Below are positions 19,164 through 28,715 of a stretch of 33,535 bases of DNA, one piece after another. The notes below the pieces were generated by a model, which saw only the letters and a list, made by a program, of their open reading frames with translations, made no database searches and was not told where the DNA came from. Position 1 is the stretch's first letter. Every line of letters starts with the position of its first letter. This DNA is from Candidatus Velthaea sp. (lineage in GTDB: Bacteria > Vulcanimicrobiota > Vulcanimicrobiia > Vulcanimicrobiales > Vulcanimicrobiaceae): the NCBI GenBank assembly GCA_050012475.1, contig JBEKHC010000052.1, positions 1-33,535 of the forward strand, read 5' to 3'. The translations under genes and the position numbers were made by a program.

Positions 19164-19495
19164 TACCGGTTTGGCAGCAAGTCGCAGTCGATCATCTTGT
19201 TGAGCAGCGGTCCGGCGACTTTGTTGACGAAGCGTGCACGCGCAGCCGGATCCCGTTTCATCATGCCCCCAGCCGAACTCGTGCCGCTCTTACGCCGCTT
19301 GAGCGTTGCGGCAAATTGAGCGCACGAGTCGCTTTGAATGGTTGACACCATCTCGCTTGCGGCGGCGTCGACGATCCTATTTTTCATCGCGCCGCGCATT
19401 TGGGCTGAACCCCGCGATCCGAGGCCGGCGCACATCACCGCAGCTGCGCATAACACAACGAGCGGACGAAAAAGAGTTCGCGGCCCTTCGCTCAT
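19163..19495 (-). CDS. Small exported protein with a Cys pair, first gene of the efflux operon
   Basis: AGGAG RBS; signal peptide; DSCAQF...DPAARARFVNKVAGPLLNKMIDCDLLP; TAATG overlap with the MFP start. Confidence 0.75.
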   Translation of the reverse strand: MSEGPRTLFRPLVVLCAAAVMCAGLGSRGSAQMRGAMKNRIVDAAASEMVSTIQSDSCAQFAATLKRRKSGTSSAGGMMKRDPAARARFVNKVAGPLLNKMIDCDLLPNR

Positions 19496-19636
19496 CCTGC
19501 GTTCTCCTCACAATACATGTTACCAGGACTCGGCGAAACGTTTGATTGTGCACACCGAACTGCATGAGCGCCGACCGTCGTCGGCATTCGACCAAACTGT
19601 TTCGCCCGGTGCGTTTACAGCGCCGCAGCAAGCCAC

Positions 19637-19642
19637 ATTATA
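19637..19642 (-). promoter_or_regulatory. Possible sigma70 -10 box for the efflux operon
   Basis: Perfect TATAAT on the minus strand in a GC-rich divergent intergenic region; no good -35. Confidence 0.3.
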
Positions 19643-19740
19643 ACGAGCTTGACGATGATAACATGCGGCGCGTGGCCAGGCAACCTCTCGAACGGAGCAG
19701 GCGAAGACCACGGCGGACGCGCATTGGGTCGGCTACATCG

Positions 19741-21039
19741 ATGAAAGCGACACCGCTTGCAGCGCTTGCGTTCGGGCTCGTAATGCTGCTCGCCGTTCAA
19801 CCGGCGACGCATAGTGCAAGCGCTGCGGCGCGCGACCTTCCGCCGGCCGTACAGGCGATTGCGCCGATGAACGGATTGTGCGATGCGTCCGACGTACTCG
19901 ACGTCCTGGGCGATCTGAGTGAAGCGAGCGCGGCGAAAAAGCGCATTCAAATTGCGCTGCTCGCTGGCCGGCTGACCGACTGTGCGACCCGGCTGCGGGC
20001 GGTCGCGGCCGTACCGACGCCGTACTGGATCGCGCCGGACGATCGCGCGCGCCTGCCCGCGGCGGCGCGAACGCCGTCGCCGGTCTGCGTTTCGCCGCCG
20101 CCCGCGACGACCGCTTCAAACCGCTTCGAGCTGTATGAAGATCTGCAGCGCTGCGCTTCGTATGTGGCAGCGCTGGACGCCGCCGCTTCTCCCGACCCTA
20201 ATGCAAGCACGCCGCCCAGCATCGCCGCGCGGCCGACGTTTTACGTCTTCGCCGTGGGCGCCGCGGAAGCATCGGCTGCGACGGTGCTCATCCGGTCGGC
20301 GGTTGCGCGTCTGGCCGGTTCGGCGCGACACACCGGTCCCGAGTTCGCCACAGCTCCGGCAAGCCCCGACATCGTGGTGAGCGGACGCGCCGATTGGACA
20401 TCCGTCGACACCTTTACCGCGCAGTGCCAGTTCGATCCCAATACCCGCGGCGCGCTCGTCATCGAAACGAGCATACCGGAAACATATCACAGCAACTATC
20501 TGATCATCGCCGCAAACTTCACAACGGTTTCGGCCTCGATCGAAGTGCTTGGCTGCGGCGCGGAAGATCATCGCCCGACGGCGTCGCCGTTGAGCCTCGT
20601 GAGCCGGCAAGATGTCAACGGGAAGGCGCATCAAGACGCATGGACGCTGGGCATCTTCACGACGCTTGCGACACTGCTCGCCACGAGCGGGACCAAGACC
20701 ACCGTGACGACCGGTGGCGGGACGACGACGGTGAGCAGAACCGATTCCACCGCGCCGGTGTTCGCTGGCTCCATTCTCGGTTATTACGAAAATCAGAATC
20801 TGACGCTGCCCGCGCAAAATGCGAGCGTTGCGCTCAACGTCGCCGCCAACCGTTTCGCGGAAGCGATGATGCAGCGCCTGAGCGAGACCTGCGCCGACCG
20901 CGAGCTGCGCGCCCTGGCCGCGGCTGCAGATCCTGCCGCTATTCCGGCACCGCCCCCCGAACACCGCACGCGGCTTTACCAGGCGGCCTTCGAGTACGCC
21001 GAAGACTGCGCGCTCTTCGCAAACTTCGCTACTCATTAG
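19741..21039 (+). CDS. Exported Cys-containing hypothetical protein
   Basis: Signal peptide MKATPLAALAFGLVMLLA; 8 Cys; Pro/Ala/Thr linkers; 11-nt convergent overlap with the antiporter gene. Confidence 0.75.
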   Translation: MKATPLAALAFGLVMLLAVQPATHSASAAARDLPPAVQAIAPMNGLCDASDVLDVLGDLSEASAAKKRIQIALLAGRLTDCATRLRAVAAVPTPYWIAPDDRARLPAAARTPSPVCVSPPPATTASNRFELYEDLQRCASYVAALDAAASPDPNASTPPSIAARPTFYVFAVGAAEASAATVLIRSAVARLAGSARHTGPEFATAPASPDIVVSGRADWTSVDTFTAQCQFDPNTRGALVIETSIPETYHSNYLIIAANFTTVSASIEVLGCGAEDHRPTASPLSLVSRQDVNGKAHQDAWTLGIFTTLATLLATSGTKTTVTTGGGTTTVSRTDSTAPVFAGSILGYYENQNLTLPAQNASVALNVAANRFAEAMMQRLSETCADRELRALAAAADPAAIPAPPPEHRTRLYQAAFEYAEDCALFANFATH

Positions 21040-22681
21040 AGGATTCGGCTGCGGCCGAATCCGTGCTGGACAAACCGTTCGACTGCGGCTCTCGCTCACC
21101 GGCCGCGGCCAGCTGTTCGAGTCCGAGCTCTTCGAGGTCCAGCATGCCTTCAATGTGGGACATCGTCGCACCGTCGATCCGGCCGCGCCGGTACATCGCG
21201 ATGAGCTCCGCGCGCTGCACGCCGACGATCTCGCGTGCCGCGCGATCGTATCCGTACAGCGGCTCGCTCGACGCCGGGCGCCCGGCGTTACGGACCGAAA
21301 ATCGCCGTTTGCGATTTTGATAGTGCCGGCGCAGTGCATCGATGCTGTCGCGGCCGACGTCACGGCGCACCTCGATAGCGCGCAGGTGCGCGAGGGCCAC
21401 TCCCGAGATGTGAGCGATCGCGCGCCGCGCTTGAAGGTCGGGTGCGTCGGGACGCTCGAGTCGCAAGCGCGAGATGAGGAGCGGCAGCGTTAGCCCTTGG
21501 CCCACCAGCGTGATGAAGATAACGCCGAAGGTCACGAAGATCGTCAGTTGACGACGCGGGAAATCGGCACCCGACGCGACGGTCGCCGGAATCGCCAGGG
21601 CGGCCGCGAGTGAGATGCCGCCGCGAAAGCCTGCCCAGGCCGTCACCAGCCGCTGCTTCCACTCGTCGGCCGGGTCCGCCGTCATGCGGTACGGAAAGAT
21701 GGCGCGCTGACCGAAGAGCCATGCAATGCGCACGACGACGACCACGGCGCTGATCGCGACGGCGATGAGGAGTAAACGTCCGCGCGAGTAGACGGACAGC
21801 GCGGTGAGAATGGGGTGCAGCTGCAAGCCCACGAGAATGAAAATCAGCGCGTTCATGAGGAAAACGGCGGTCTGCCCAAGTCCGGACGCCCGTTCGCGCG
21901 CTTTGGGCGTCAGCACGCCACGTGCGAAGCGGCTGATCACGATGCCGGTGGTCACGACGGCCAGCACGCCGGACACTCCGAGATCGTGCGCGGGCAGATA
22001 GGCGAGGAACGGTGCGAGTACGCAGAGCGCGACTTGCAGATCCGCGGCGCGCACGCTGCGCCAGACGCCGATCAGCAGCGCGCCGACGGCGACGCCAATG
22101 GTCACCGCGCCGACGCACGATACAACGAACGCGACGAGCGTTTGGCGCAGCGAGAACGTTCCCGACACGACCGCCGTCACAGCGCTCGCGTAGAAAACGA
22201 GCGCCGTCGCGTCGTTGAGCAAGCCTTCGGCTTCGATGACGGCAATCGTGCGGTGCGGGACGCCCAGCCGCTCGCCGATGGATGAGAAAGCGACGGCATC
22301 GGTCGGCGCGACGACCGCGCCGAGGACGAACGCGGCAGCCCACGGCATGTGCGGAATCATCGCGTGAGCGACGACCGCAACGCCGCTCATCGTTACGATC
22401 ACCAAACCGACGACGAGCGTTCGAATCAATCCAGCGTTTTCGGCGATCGCTCCGAGCGGAGCGTTGAGCGCTTCCAAATACAGCATCGGCGGCAAAAAGC
22501 CGAGCAGGATCGTCTCGGACGGAAGTTTGATCGCCGGCAATCCCGGCACGAATCCCAACGCTAAGCCGCCGATGACGAGCACGATCGGATACGCGACGTT
22601 CGCGCGGCGGGCAAACGCCACCAACGGAATGACGACGAACAGCAGCGCAACGACGATTTCGATCCGCTGCAAGTGCACCAC
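21029..22681 (-). CDS. Na+/H+ antiporter, CPA1 (NhaP/YjcE type)
   Basis: FLPPMLY, APTDAVA, EGLLNDATA, GVSGVLAVV, AGFRGGISLAAAL, QGLTLP. Confidence 0.92.
   Translation of the reverse strand: MVHLQRIEIVVALLFVVIPLVAFARRANVAYPIVLVIGGLALGFVPGLPAIKLPSETILLGFLPPMLYLEALNAPLGAIAENAGLIRTLVVGLVIVTMSGVAVVAHAMIPHMPWAAAFVLGAVVAPTDAVAFSSIGERLGVPHRTIAVIEAEGLLNDATALVFYASAVTAVVSGTFSLRQTLVAFVVSCVGAVTIGVAVGALLIGVWRSVRAADLQVALCVLAPFLAYLPAHDLGVSGVLAVVTTGIVISRFARGVLTPKARERASGLGQTAVFLMNALIFILVGLQLHPILTALSVYSRGRLLLIAVAISAVVVVVRIAWLFGQRAIFPYRMTADPADEWKQRLVTAWAGFRGGISLAAALAIPATVASGADFPRRQLTIFVTFGVIFITLVGQGLTLPLLISRLRLERPDAPDLQARRAIAHISGVALAHLRAIEVRRDVGRDSIDALRRHYQNRKRRFSVRNAGRPASSEPLYGYDRAAREIVGVQRAELIAMYRRGRIDGATMSHIEGMLDLEELGLEQLAAAGEREPQSNGLSSTDSAAAESSNE
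21041..21062. repeat. REP-like hairpin at a convergent gene junction
   Basis: Perfect GGATTCGGC-TGCG-GCCGAATCC, sharing GGATTC/GAATCC arms and the CGGCTGCG core with the other REP-like copies. Confidence 0.55.
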
Positions 22682-22698
22682 CGGACTTCGAACCGTGC

Positions 22699-24414
22699 CT
22701 AGCGCGACGCAGCGAATGCGCTCAACGCGCCGAGATCCAGCTCCGCCTCATTTCCGGCGACGCGGAGAACGTTCGTTCCGTTGTTCGCGCCGGTTTCGGC
22801 GAGCACGCCGCGATAGATGCCGGGCCGCAAGCCGAGCGGCCCGCGGAGCCGGATGCGGACCGCAGGTCCGCGATTGACGCCGACGAGCACGGTGTCACTG
22901 CCTTCGCAACGTTCGAACACCAGTGCGTCGTGATCGGCGTATAGGGTGCGATACGCACCGCGCGAAACGGCGGCATGCGTTCGGCGCAGCGCGGCAAGGG
23001 CCGCGGTGATGCGAAACGCCGGCGTGGTTTCGTTCCACTGCAGCATCCCCACCCGATTGTACGGATCGTCGTTGCTCGTGTTGATGTCGTCCGCCGGCGG
23101 CGTCGCGTTATCCGCGTAGTACGCCAGATATTGCTCGTCGCCATACAGCACGATCGGGATGCCGCGGACGGTCAACAGCAGCGTCATCGCCAGATCGAGG
23201 CGCCGCTCACGTTCCGCCTCGCTCCTCACTCCCAGCTTCTGCAGGCGGACCAGCGTCCGGATCTGATCGTGATTGTCGATGAACGTTCCCTGCCAGGTGT
23301 CGCGTCCGGCGAATGCCGCGACGCGCTGCTGAAGGAAGCGGTCGAGACCGGTTGCGGTCAACTGTTGCGAGGGTGCTTCGTAGGGCCCGCCCGCGAACTC
23401 GTTGAGCGCGACCGCGAGTTTAAAGTCGAGGATGTTGGTCCGGTTGAGCGCGTAGTCGTTGGCGAACCGAAGCGACTTCGGGTCGCCGACGCCGCCGTTC
23501 GACCATTCGCCGACGATGTACGGGTCGGGGCGGTGCTCGTCACGCAAACGGTCGAACATCGCGCGGGTGAAAGCCGGCACGAACTCCGGAAAGACGAACT
23601 TGATCGCGTCCAGGCGAAAATCGTCGGCACCGTGGTCGATCCACGTTTGCCCGGCGCCGATGAGATAATCGGCAATGCTTGGATCGAGTTGGTTGAACCC
23701 GCTGAGGCCCGCGAGTAAACAGTGATGCAGCTGCCAGTAGGTCCAGTCCGCGTCGTTCGCGGGAGCGTTAACGCAGCGTGGATCGCTCTGGTAATGCTTG
23801 TAGTAACGAACGCCGGGATGCGCCGGATCGTAATCGTTCAGATAACTCTCGATGAACGGAACGTCGGCCGTGCGCGATTGATAGAGCGCGCCGAAGACAT
23901 GCGACTGGGAAGGGTTGGAGTCGTTGAGCGTGACGTCTTCAATGTACCGGATATCGACAGCATGCAGCGCGGCACTAAAAGCATCGACCTCGTTCCACGA
24001 CGCCGCGAAGTGGGCGTCGGGACGATAGTAGTTTTGAACCCAGTAGCCGTGATAGCCCGTCCCGTACCCCGTCCCCGATTCATAGTCGCGAACGTTCTCC
24101 ATGAGCGGCGTCACCCATAAGGCAGAAATTCCCAGGCGCCGCAAATAGCCCAGCCGCTGGCGAACGCCGAGCAGATCTCCGCCCCAGTATTTTCGGAATT
24201 GCACCTCTTGCGTACAGGCGCCCAGAAAGCAGTTGACGGAGTTGGTTGCGTCCGGATAGAGGGGATCGACAAACGGGCTGAACGGTTCGTGTGGACTGAA
24301 GCGGTCCGTCACGATAAAATAGATCGTGCGGCTGCGATAGTCTCCGCTTTCATTTCCCAGGGCCGGTGCCGCATAGGCAATCATCGCGAACAAAACAAGC
24401 GCCGCTCTGATCAT
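22699..24414 (-). CDS. Secreted GH13 alpha-amylase (CGTase/maltogenic-amylase-like catalytic domain)
   Basis: Signal peptide; IYFIVTDRF, YWGGDL, YHGYW; catalytic FRLDAIK, GEW, FIDNHD. Confidence 0.92.
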   Translation of the reverse strand: MIRAALVLFAMIAYAAPALGNESGDYRSRTIYFIVTDRFSPHEPFSPFVDPLYPDATNSVNCFLGACTQEVQFRKYWGGDLLGVRQRLGYLRRLGISALWVTPLMENVRDYESGTGYGTGYHGYWVQNYYRPDAHFAASWNEVDAFSAALHAVDIRYIEDVTLNDSNPSQSHVFGALYQSRTADVPFIESYLNDYDPAHPGVRYYKHYQSDPRCVNAPANDADWTYWQLHHCLLAGLSGFNQLDPSIADYLIGAGQTWIDHGADDFRLDAIKFVFPEFVPAFTRAMFDRLRDEHRPDPYIVGEWSNGGVGDPKSLRFANDYALNRTNILDFKLAVALNEFAGGPYEAPSQQLTATGLDRFLQQRVAAFAGRDTWQGTFIDNHDQIRTLVRLQKLGVRSEAERERRLDLAMTLLLTVRGIPIVLYGDEQYLAYYADNATPPADDINTSNDDPYNRVGMLQWNETTPAFRITAALAALRRTHAAVSRGAYRTLYADHDALVFERCEGSDTVLVGVNRGPAVRIRLRGPLGLRPGIYRGVLAETGANNGTNVLRVAGNEAELDLGALSAFAASR

Positions 24415-24644
24415 CTGCAATCCCTGTGGATTCTCGGGTCACGCCAACGATAGCACAACCGAAAGAGGCCGTCGGCAAGAAGGCGGGCGCTCTCATATGG
24501 GACCATCGAACTTTCAGCTCGCACGAGCATTTCGCCCCGGCCGGCCGTCTGTCGGCCTTGACCGCCAGCATGCGCTCGAAGCGCCGGCCGCCATATACAA
24601 GCCGTGGACGACGATGCACAACGAAGTGGCTTTGCGCGCAGCGA

Positions 24645-24825
24645 ACGCAGGGCCGAACGGCAATGCCGGCAACCGACGAGCGAATCGCGCCTTCGCCTCG
24701 CGACAAGCTGGCGAAACCAGGTTTGTTTGGTACCGCGGCGGCGAAGTCACCCGCATGAACGAGATCTTGGGAAATCGGATCGAACGGCGAAGCCCTCTCC
24801 GGCAGCGCGGCCCCGGGCGTGCGGT
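24645..24825 (+). ncRNA. Candidate structured non-coding RNA or leader (unassigned)
   Basis: Nested complementary segments and three internal hairpins with GAA(A)-containing loops in a 450-bp intergenic region (see finding). Confidence 0.35.
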
Positions 24826-24870
24826 TTGTCACGAATGCTCTGCCGGCCGCCGATGCGAGCGAGCGTTTTC

Positions 24871-25662
24871 ATGATCGAACGCCACGAGCATCGGCTCGAG
24901 ATCGCGGGTCCGGTGGCCACGATCACGCTCGATCGGCCCGCAGCGTACAATGCCGTGACGGGCCGGTTGCTGCGCTCCCTTGCGCAGACGCTCGGGGAGG
25001 TCGCGGGCGATCCCGCCGTTCGCGCCGTGGTGATGACCGGAGCCGGCAAGGCGTTTTGCGCGGGCCAAGCACTCGACGACGCCGAGCTTTTCCGCGACGG
25101 TGTGCCGGCCGACATCCACGCCGCGGTCGCGGCCGGATTCAATCCCGTCGTCCACGCCCTGTTGACGATGGAAAAGCCGGTAGTGGCCGCCGTCAACGGC
25201 GTCGCAGCGGGTGCCGGTTTCGGCATTGCGCTGGCCTGCGATTTCCGCATCGTCGCCCACCCGGCGACGTTTACGACTGCGTTCGCTAAGATCGGTCTCG
25301 TTCCCGACAGCGGGGTCTCGTTGTTGTTGCCGCGCATGATCGGGTACGCGCGGGCGATGGAGCTGTGCATGCTGGCGGGAAAAATCGACGCCGCCGCGGC
25401 GCAGGCGCTCGGATTGGTTACCGAACTGGTGCCGTTCGAGCAGGTCGTTGCCCGCGCACAAGCGTTCGCAGCGCAACTCGCGGCCGGCCCCAAAGCGCTG
25501 GGGCTGATCAAACGCGAACTCGTTCGCAACGGGCTCGACGATATCGGCGCCGCCCTCGCCTGCGAGGCGGAGGTTCAATCCATCGCCGCGCAAACATCCG
25601 ACGCGCATGAAGGCATCCGGGCTTTCGGTGCGAAGCGCCCGCCCCGTTTCACCGGACACTGA
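24871..25662 (+). CDS. Enoyl-CoA hydratase/isomerase (PaaG-like)
   Basis: TITLDRP, GKAFCAGQ, VNGVAAGAG, IGLVPDSG, EGIRAFGAKRPPRFTG. Confidence 0.9.
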   Translation: MIERHEHRLEIAGPVATITLDRPAAYNAVTGRLLRSLAQTLGEVAGDPAVRAVVMTGAGKAFCAGQALDDAELFRDGVPADIHAAVAAGFNPVVHALLTMEKPVVAAVNGVAAGAGFGIALACDFRIVAHPATFTTAFAKIGLVPDSGVSLLLPRMIGYARAMELCMLAGKIDAAAAQALGLVTELVPFEQVVARAQAFAAQLAAGPKALGLIKRELVRNGLDDIGAALACEAEVQSIAAQTSDAHEGIRAFGAKRPPRFTGH

Positions 25663-25706
25663 ACGCCGTCGGGCGAACCGCAACAAACGAACGAGGTACC
25701 TACCGT

Positions 25707-25874
25707 ATGGCTTCCAGCTCTCCACGCAGCAAAGCGCCGAATCCCGCCGACGATCCGCCCGACGAAGAGACGGGACAATTCGGCGACTCGACCGATCCGG
25801 GACTGGAGTCCGACGAGGACCTCGACGGCGAACTCGACGCCGAAGGCGGCCCGCCGCTCCATCCCCACAGCTGA
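25707..25874 (+). CDS. 55-aa acidic microprotein (not in ORF track)
   Basis: GAGGT RBS 25693-25697; MASSSPRSKAPNPADDPPDEETGQFGDSTDPGLESDEDLDGELDAEGGPPLHPHS*; genome-like codon usage. Confidence 0.65.
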   Translation: MASSSPRSKAPNPADDPPDEETGQFGDSTDPGLESDEDLDGELDAEGGPPLHPHS

Positions 25875-25886
25875 CGCCGGCGCTTC

Positions 25887-26993
25887 GTGCAGGGCCACCC
25901 GTCCGCTGCCGCCGCGCAGCGGCACTTCGCCAGCGACAATTATGCCGGCGTTCATCCCGAGGTGCTCGCCGCCATCGCCGCAGCGAACCAGGGACACGTT
26001 CCGGGCTACGGTGACGATCCGTACACGGCCGCCGCCGAGGCAGCGTTTCGCCGCCTTTTCGGCGACGGCGTTCGCGTCTTTTTTGCTTTCAACGGAACCG
26101 GCGCGAACGTCGTCGCGCTGGCGGCGGCGCTGCGGCCGTACCAAGCCGTTCTTTGTCCGGCAAGCGCGCACCTCAACGTCGACGAGTGCGGCGCGTTCGA
26201 GCGGTTCGCTGGCGGCAAGCTCATCACGGTCGCGACACCCGACGGGAAATTAACGCCGGCCGACGTCGAACGCAACGTGCGCCAGCTCGGCAACGTCCAT
26301 CACGTGCAACCCGGTGCGATCTCCATTTCCCAGTCGAGCGAAGTCGGCACCGTGTATACCGTCGAGGAACTGAGCGCGCTGGGCGTGGTCGCGCGCAAAT
26401 ACGATCTGTTCTTTCACGTCGACGGCGCCCGTTTGGCAAATGCCGTCGTCGCGCTCGACGTCGACTTGCCGACGCTGCTGCTTCGAACGGGGGTCGATGC
26501 ATGCACGTTCGGCGGTACGAAGAACGGTCTGCTCTTCGGTGAAGCGATCGTCTTTCCGAAACATCATCCCGCGGTCGAACGTTTGCCCTTCACCCGCAAG
26601 CAAGGGATGCAGCTGGCATCGAAAATGCGCTTCGTGGCCGCGCAATACGAGGCGCTGCTGCGTGACGATCTGTGGCGCCGCAATGCGCGGCACGCGAATG
26701 CGATGGCCCGCCGGCTGGCCGCTCAGTTGAGCGCGATCCCGGCGGTGCGCCTGGCGTATCCGGTCGAGGCTAACGCCGTCTTCGCCGCCATTGCCCCCCA
26801 ATTTGTCGCGCCGCTGCAAGACCAGCGCCGGTTTTACGTCTGGGACGAGGACGCGTCGATCGTGCGCTGGATGGCGGCGTTCGACACCACTGAAGCCGAT
26901 GTCGATGAATTCGCAGCCACGATCGCGCGCATCACCTCACCGAGCGCTGCGTCAAGCGCGGCGCACAACGGAGCAAGGACCGAAAACCGATGA
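25887..26993 (+). CDS. ltaE: Low-specificity L-threonine aldolase (PLP)
   Basis: [38 protein letters not shown] (PLP Lys), [13 protein letters not shown]. Confidence 0.9.
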   Translation: MQGHPSAAAAQRHFASDNYAGVHPEVLAAIAAANQGHVPGYGDDPYTAAAEAAFRRLFGDGVRVFFAFNGTGANVVALAAALRPYQAVLCPASAHLNVDECGAFERFAGGKLITVATPDGKLTPADVERNVRQLGNVHHVQPGAISISQSSEVGTVYTVEELSALGVVARKYDLFFHVDGARLANAVVALDVDLPTLLLRTGVDACTFGGTKNGLLFGEAIVFPKHHPAVERLPFTRKQGMQLASKMRFVAAQYEALLRDDLWRRNARHANAMARRLAAQLSAIPAVRLAYPVEANAVFAAIAPQFVAPLQDQRRFYVWDEDASIVRWMAAFDTTEADVDEFAATIARITSPSAASSAAHNGARTENR

Positions 26994-28063
26994 GTCATTC
27001 GACCGTTTCAACCTCACAGACGCGCACGATGACGGGCGTCGTTCTGCCCGGCAACAGCACCGTCGCGTTCCGCGAACAAGCGATACCGGAGCCCGGCTAC
27101 GGCCAGGCGCTCGTGCAGATGAAGGCCTCCAGCATTTGCGGCAGCGATATCCGGGCCATCTACCGCGAGCATCTCGGAAGCGGTGACGAAGCGTACCGCA
27201 ACGTGATCGCGGGCCACGAACCGTGCGGCCAAGTCGTCGCGCTCGGTCCCGGCTGCCGCGAGTTTCGGCCGGGCGATCGGGTGATTCTCTATCACATCAG
27301 CGGCTGCGGCGTATGCGACGACTGTACGGCGGGCTACATGATTTCGTGTCACAACGCGTTTCGCGCCGCCTACGGTTGGCAGCGCGACGGCGGACATGCG
27401 CCGTACATCTTAGCCGAGGAAAGCACGCTCATCCATCTCCCCGATGAATTGACCTTCGTCGACGGAGCCCTCATCGCGTGCGGTTTCGGCACGGCATGGG
27501 AAGCACTCACCCGCATCCGCGTCGACGGCCGCGACCGGCTGCTCGTCACCGGCTTGGGCCCGGTCGGTCTCGCGGCGGCGATGCTCGGCCGGGCGCTGGG
27601 CGCGAAGCAGGTCATCGGCGTCGACACCAGCCCGGGCCGGCGCGATCTCGCGCTTCAATTGGGGCTGGTCGACGACGCCTTGTCCAGCGACGCCGACACC
27701 CTGGGACGCATCGCGAGCCTTACCAACGGTCTCGGTTGCGAAGCGACCATCGACTGTTCGGGCGCTGCGCCGGCGCGTAAAATCGCCTTGGCCGGGACGC
27801 GGCGTTGGGGCCGATGCGCGTTCGTAGGCGAAGGCGGCGACGTGCAGTTCGACGTTTCGCCGCTGCTCATTCATCCCCAAATCACGCTCTTCGGCTCGTG
27901 GGTCACCTCGCTGCCGCACATGGCCGAACTGGCCGAGCGGCTCGCGCGCTGGAACCTGCACCCCGAAACGACCGTCACGCACCGCTTCGCTTTGGCCGAC
28001 GCTGCCGAAGCCTACCGCATCGCCGACGAAGGTCAGTCCGGGAAAGTCGTGCTGACGATGTGA
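26990..28063 (+). CDS. Zinc-dependent (MDR) alcohol/polyol dehydrogenase
   Basis: ICGSD, GHE, structural CGVCDDC-x7-C, GLGPVG; ATGA overlap with ltaE. Confidence 0.92.
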   Translation: MSHSTVSTSQTRTMTGVVLPGNSTVAFREQAIPEPGYGQALVQMKASSICGSDIRAIYREHLGSGDEAYRNVIAGHEPCGQVVALGPGCREFRPGDRVILYHISGCGVCDDCTAGYMISCHNAFRAAYGWQRDGGHAPYILAEESTLIHLPDELTFVDGALIACGFGTAWEALTRIRVDGRDRLLVTGLGPVGLAAAMLGRALGAKQVIGVDTSPGRRDLALQLGLVDDALSSDADTLGRIASLTNGLGCEATIDCSGAAPARKIALAGTRRWGRCAFVGEGGDVQFDVSPLLIHPQITLFGSWVTSLPHMAELAERLARWNLHPETTVTHRFALADAAEAYRIADEGQSGKVVLTM

Positions 28064-28073
28064 AGGGAACCCC

Positions 28074-28712
28074 ATGAAGATCGCTTTGTTCGGTGCCAGC
28101 GGCATGATCGGCTCGCGCATCCTTTCCGAAGCCCTGCGGCGCGGGCACGAGGTCGTCGCGATCGTGCGGCAGCCCCAAGCGGTGAACGCCGCGGCGGGCG
28201 TGCGCAGCGTTGCCGGCGATGCCACCGACGCCGTTTCGGTGGCTCTCACGGCCGTCGGCGCCGACGTGGCCGTCAACGCCTACAGCCCGCAAACCGGACC
28301 GCAAGACGGCCTCTCGCGCAACGCCCACGCGCTCATCGAAGGTCTGCCGCGGGCCGGCGTGCTCCGCGTCATCGTGGTCGGCGGAGCCGGCAGCCTGGAA
28401 GTCGCCCCGGGGAAGCCGCTCGTGGACACGCCAGATTTCCCAGTGCCGTACAAAGCCCGCGCGCAAGCGCAGAGCGCGCAGCTCGACGTCTTCCGTTCGC
28501 TGTCGAACTCGCCGCTGGTCTGGACATTCGTGAGCCCGTCGCCCATGATCGCGCCCGGCGAACGGACCGGAACGTACCGCGTCGGCGGCGACGCGCTGCT
28601 CGTCGACAGCGCCGGCGAAAGCAAAATCTCCGCCGAGGATTACGCGGTCGCGATCCTCGACGAAATCGAACGCCCCGCGCATCCCAACGCGCGCATCACC
28701 GTCGGGTATTAG
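28074..28712 (+). CDS. NAD(P)-binding oxidoreductase (YwnB / NADH-flavin reductase-like)
   Basis: MKIALFGASGMIG, VGGAGSLEV, WTFVSP, GERTGTYR, ISAEDYAVA. Confidence 0.9.
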   Translation: MKIALFGASGMIGSRILSEALRRGHEVVAIVRQPQAVNAAAGVRSVAGDATDAVSVALTAVGADVAVNAYSPQTGPQDGLSRNAHALIEGLPRAGVLRVIVVGGAGSLEVAPGKPLVDTPDFPVPYKARAQAQSAQLDVFRSLSNSPLVWTFVSPSPMIAPGERTGTYRVGGDALLVDSAGESKISAEDYAVAILDEIERPAHPNARITVGY

Positions 28713-28715
28713 CTT

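Noticed and set aside
24645..24825. Assignment as T-box, SRP RNA or ZTP riboswitch
   Set aside because: Only fragments match; there is no T-box stem I or U-tract terminator, no SRP helix-8 motif and no ZTP 3' hairpin. Kept as an unassigned candidate.
25707..25874. Pup-like modifier or selenocysteine read-through
   Set aside because: It lacks a C-terminal GGE/GGQ and nearby pafA/dop; the TGA is not at a catalytic Cys position and no convincing SECIS follows.
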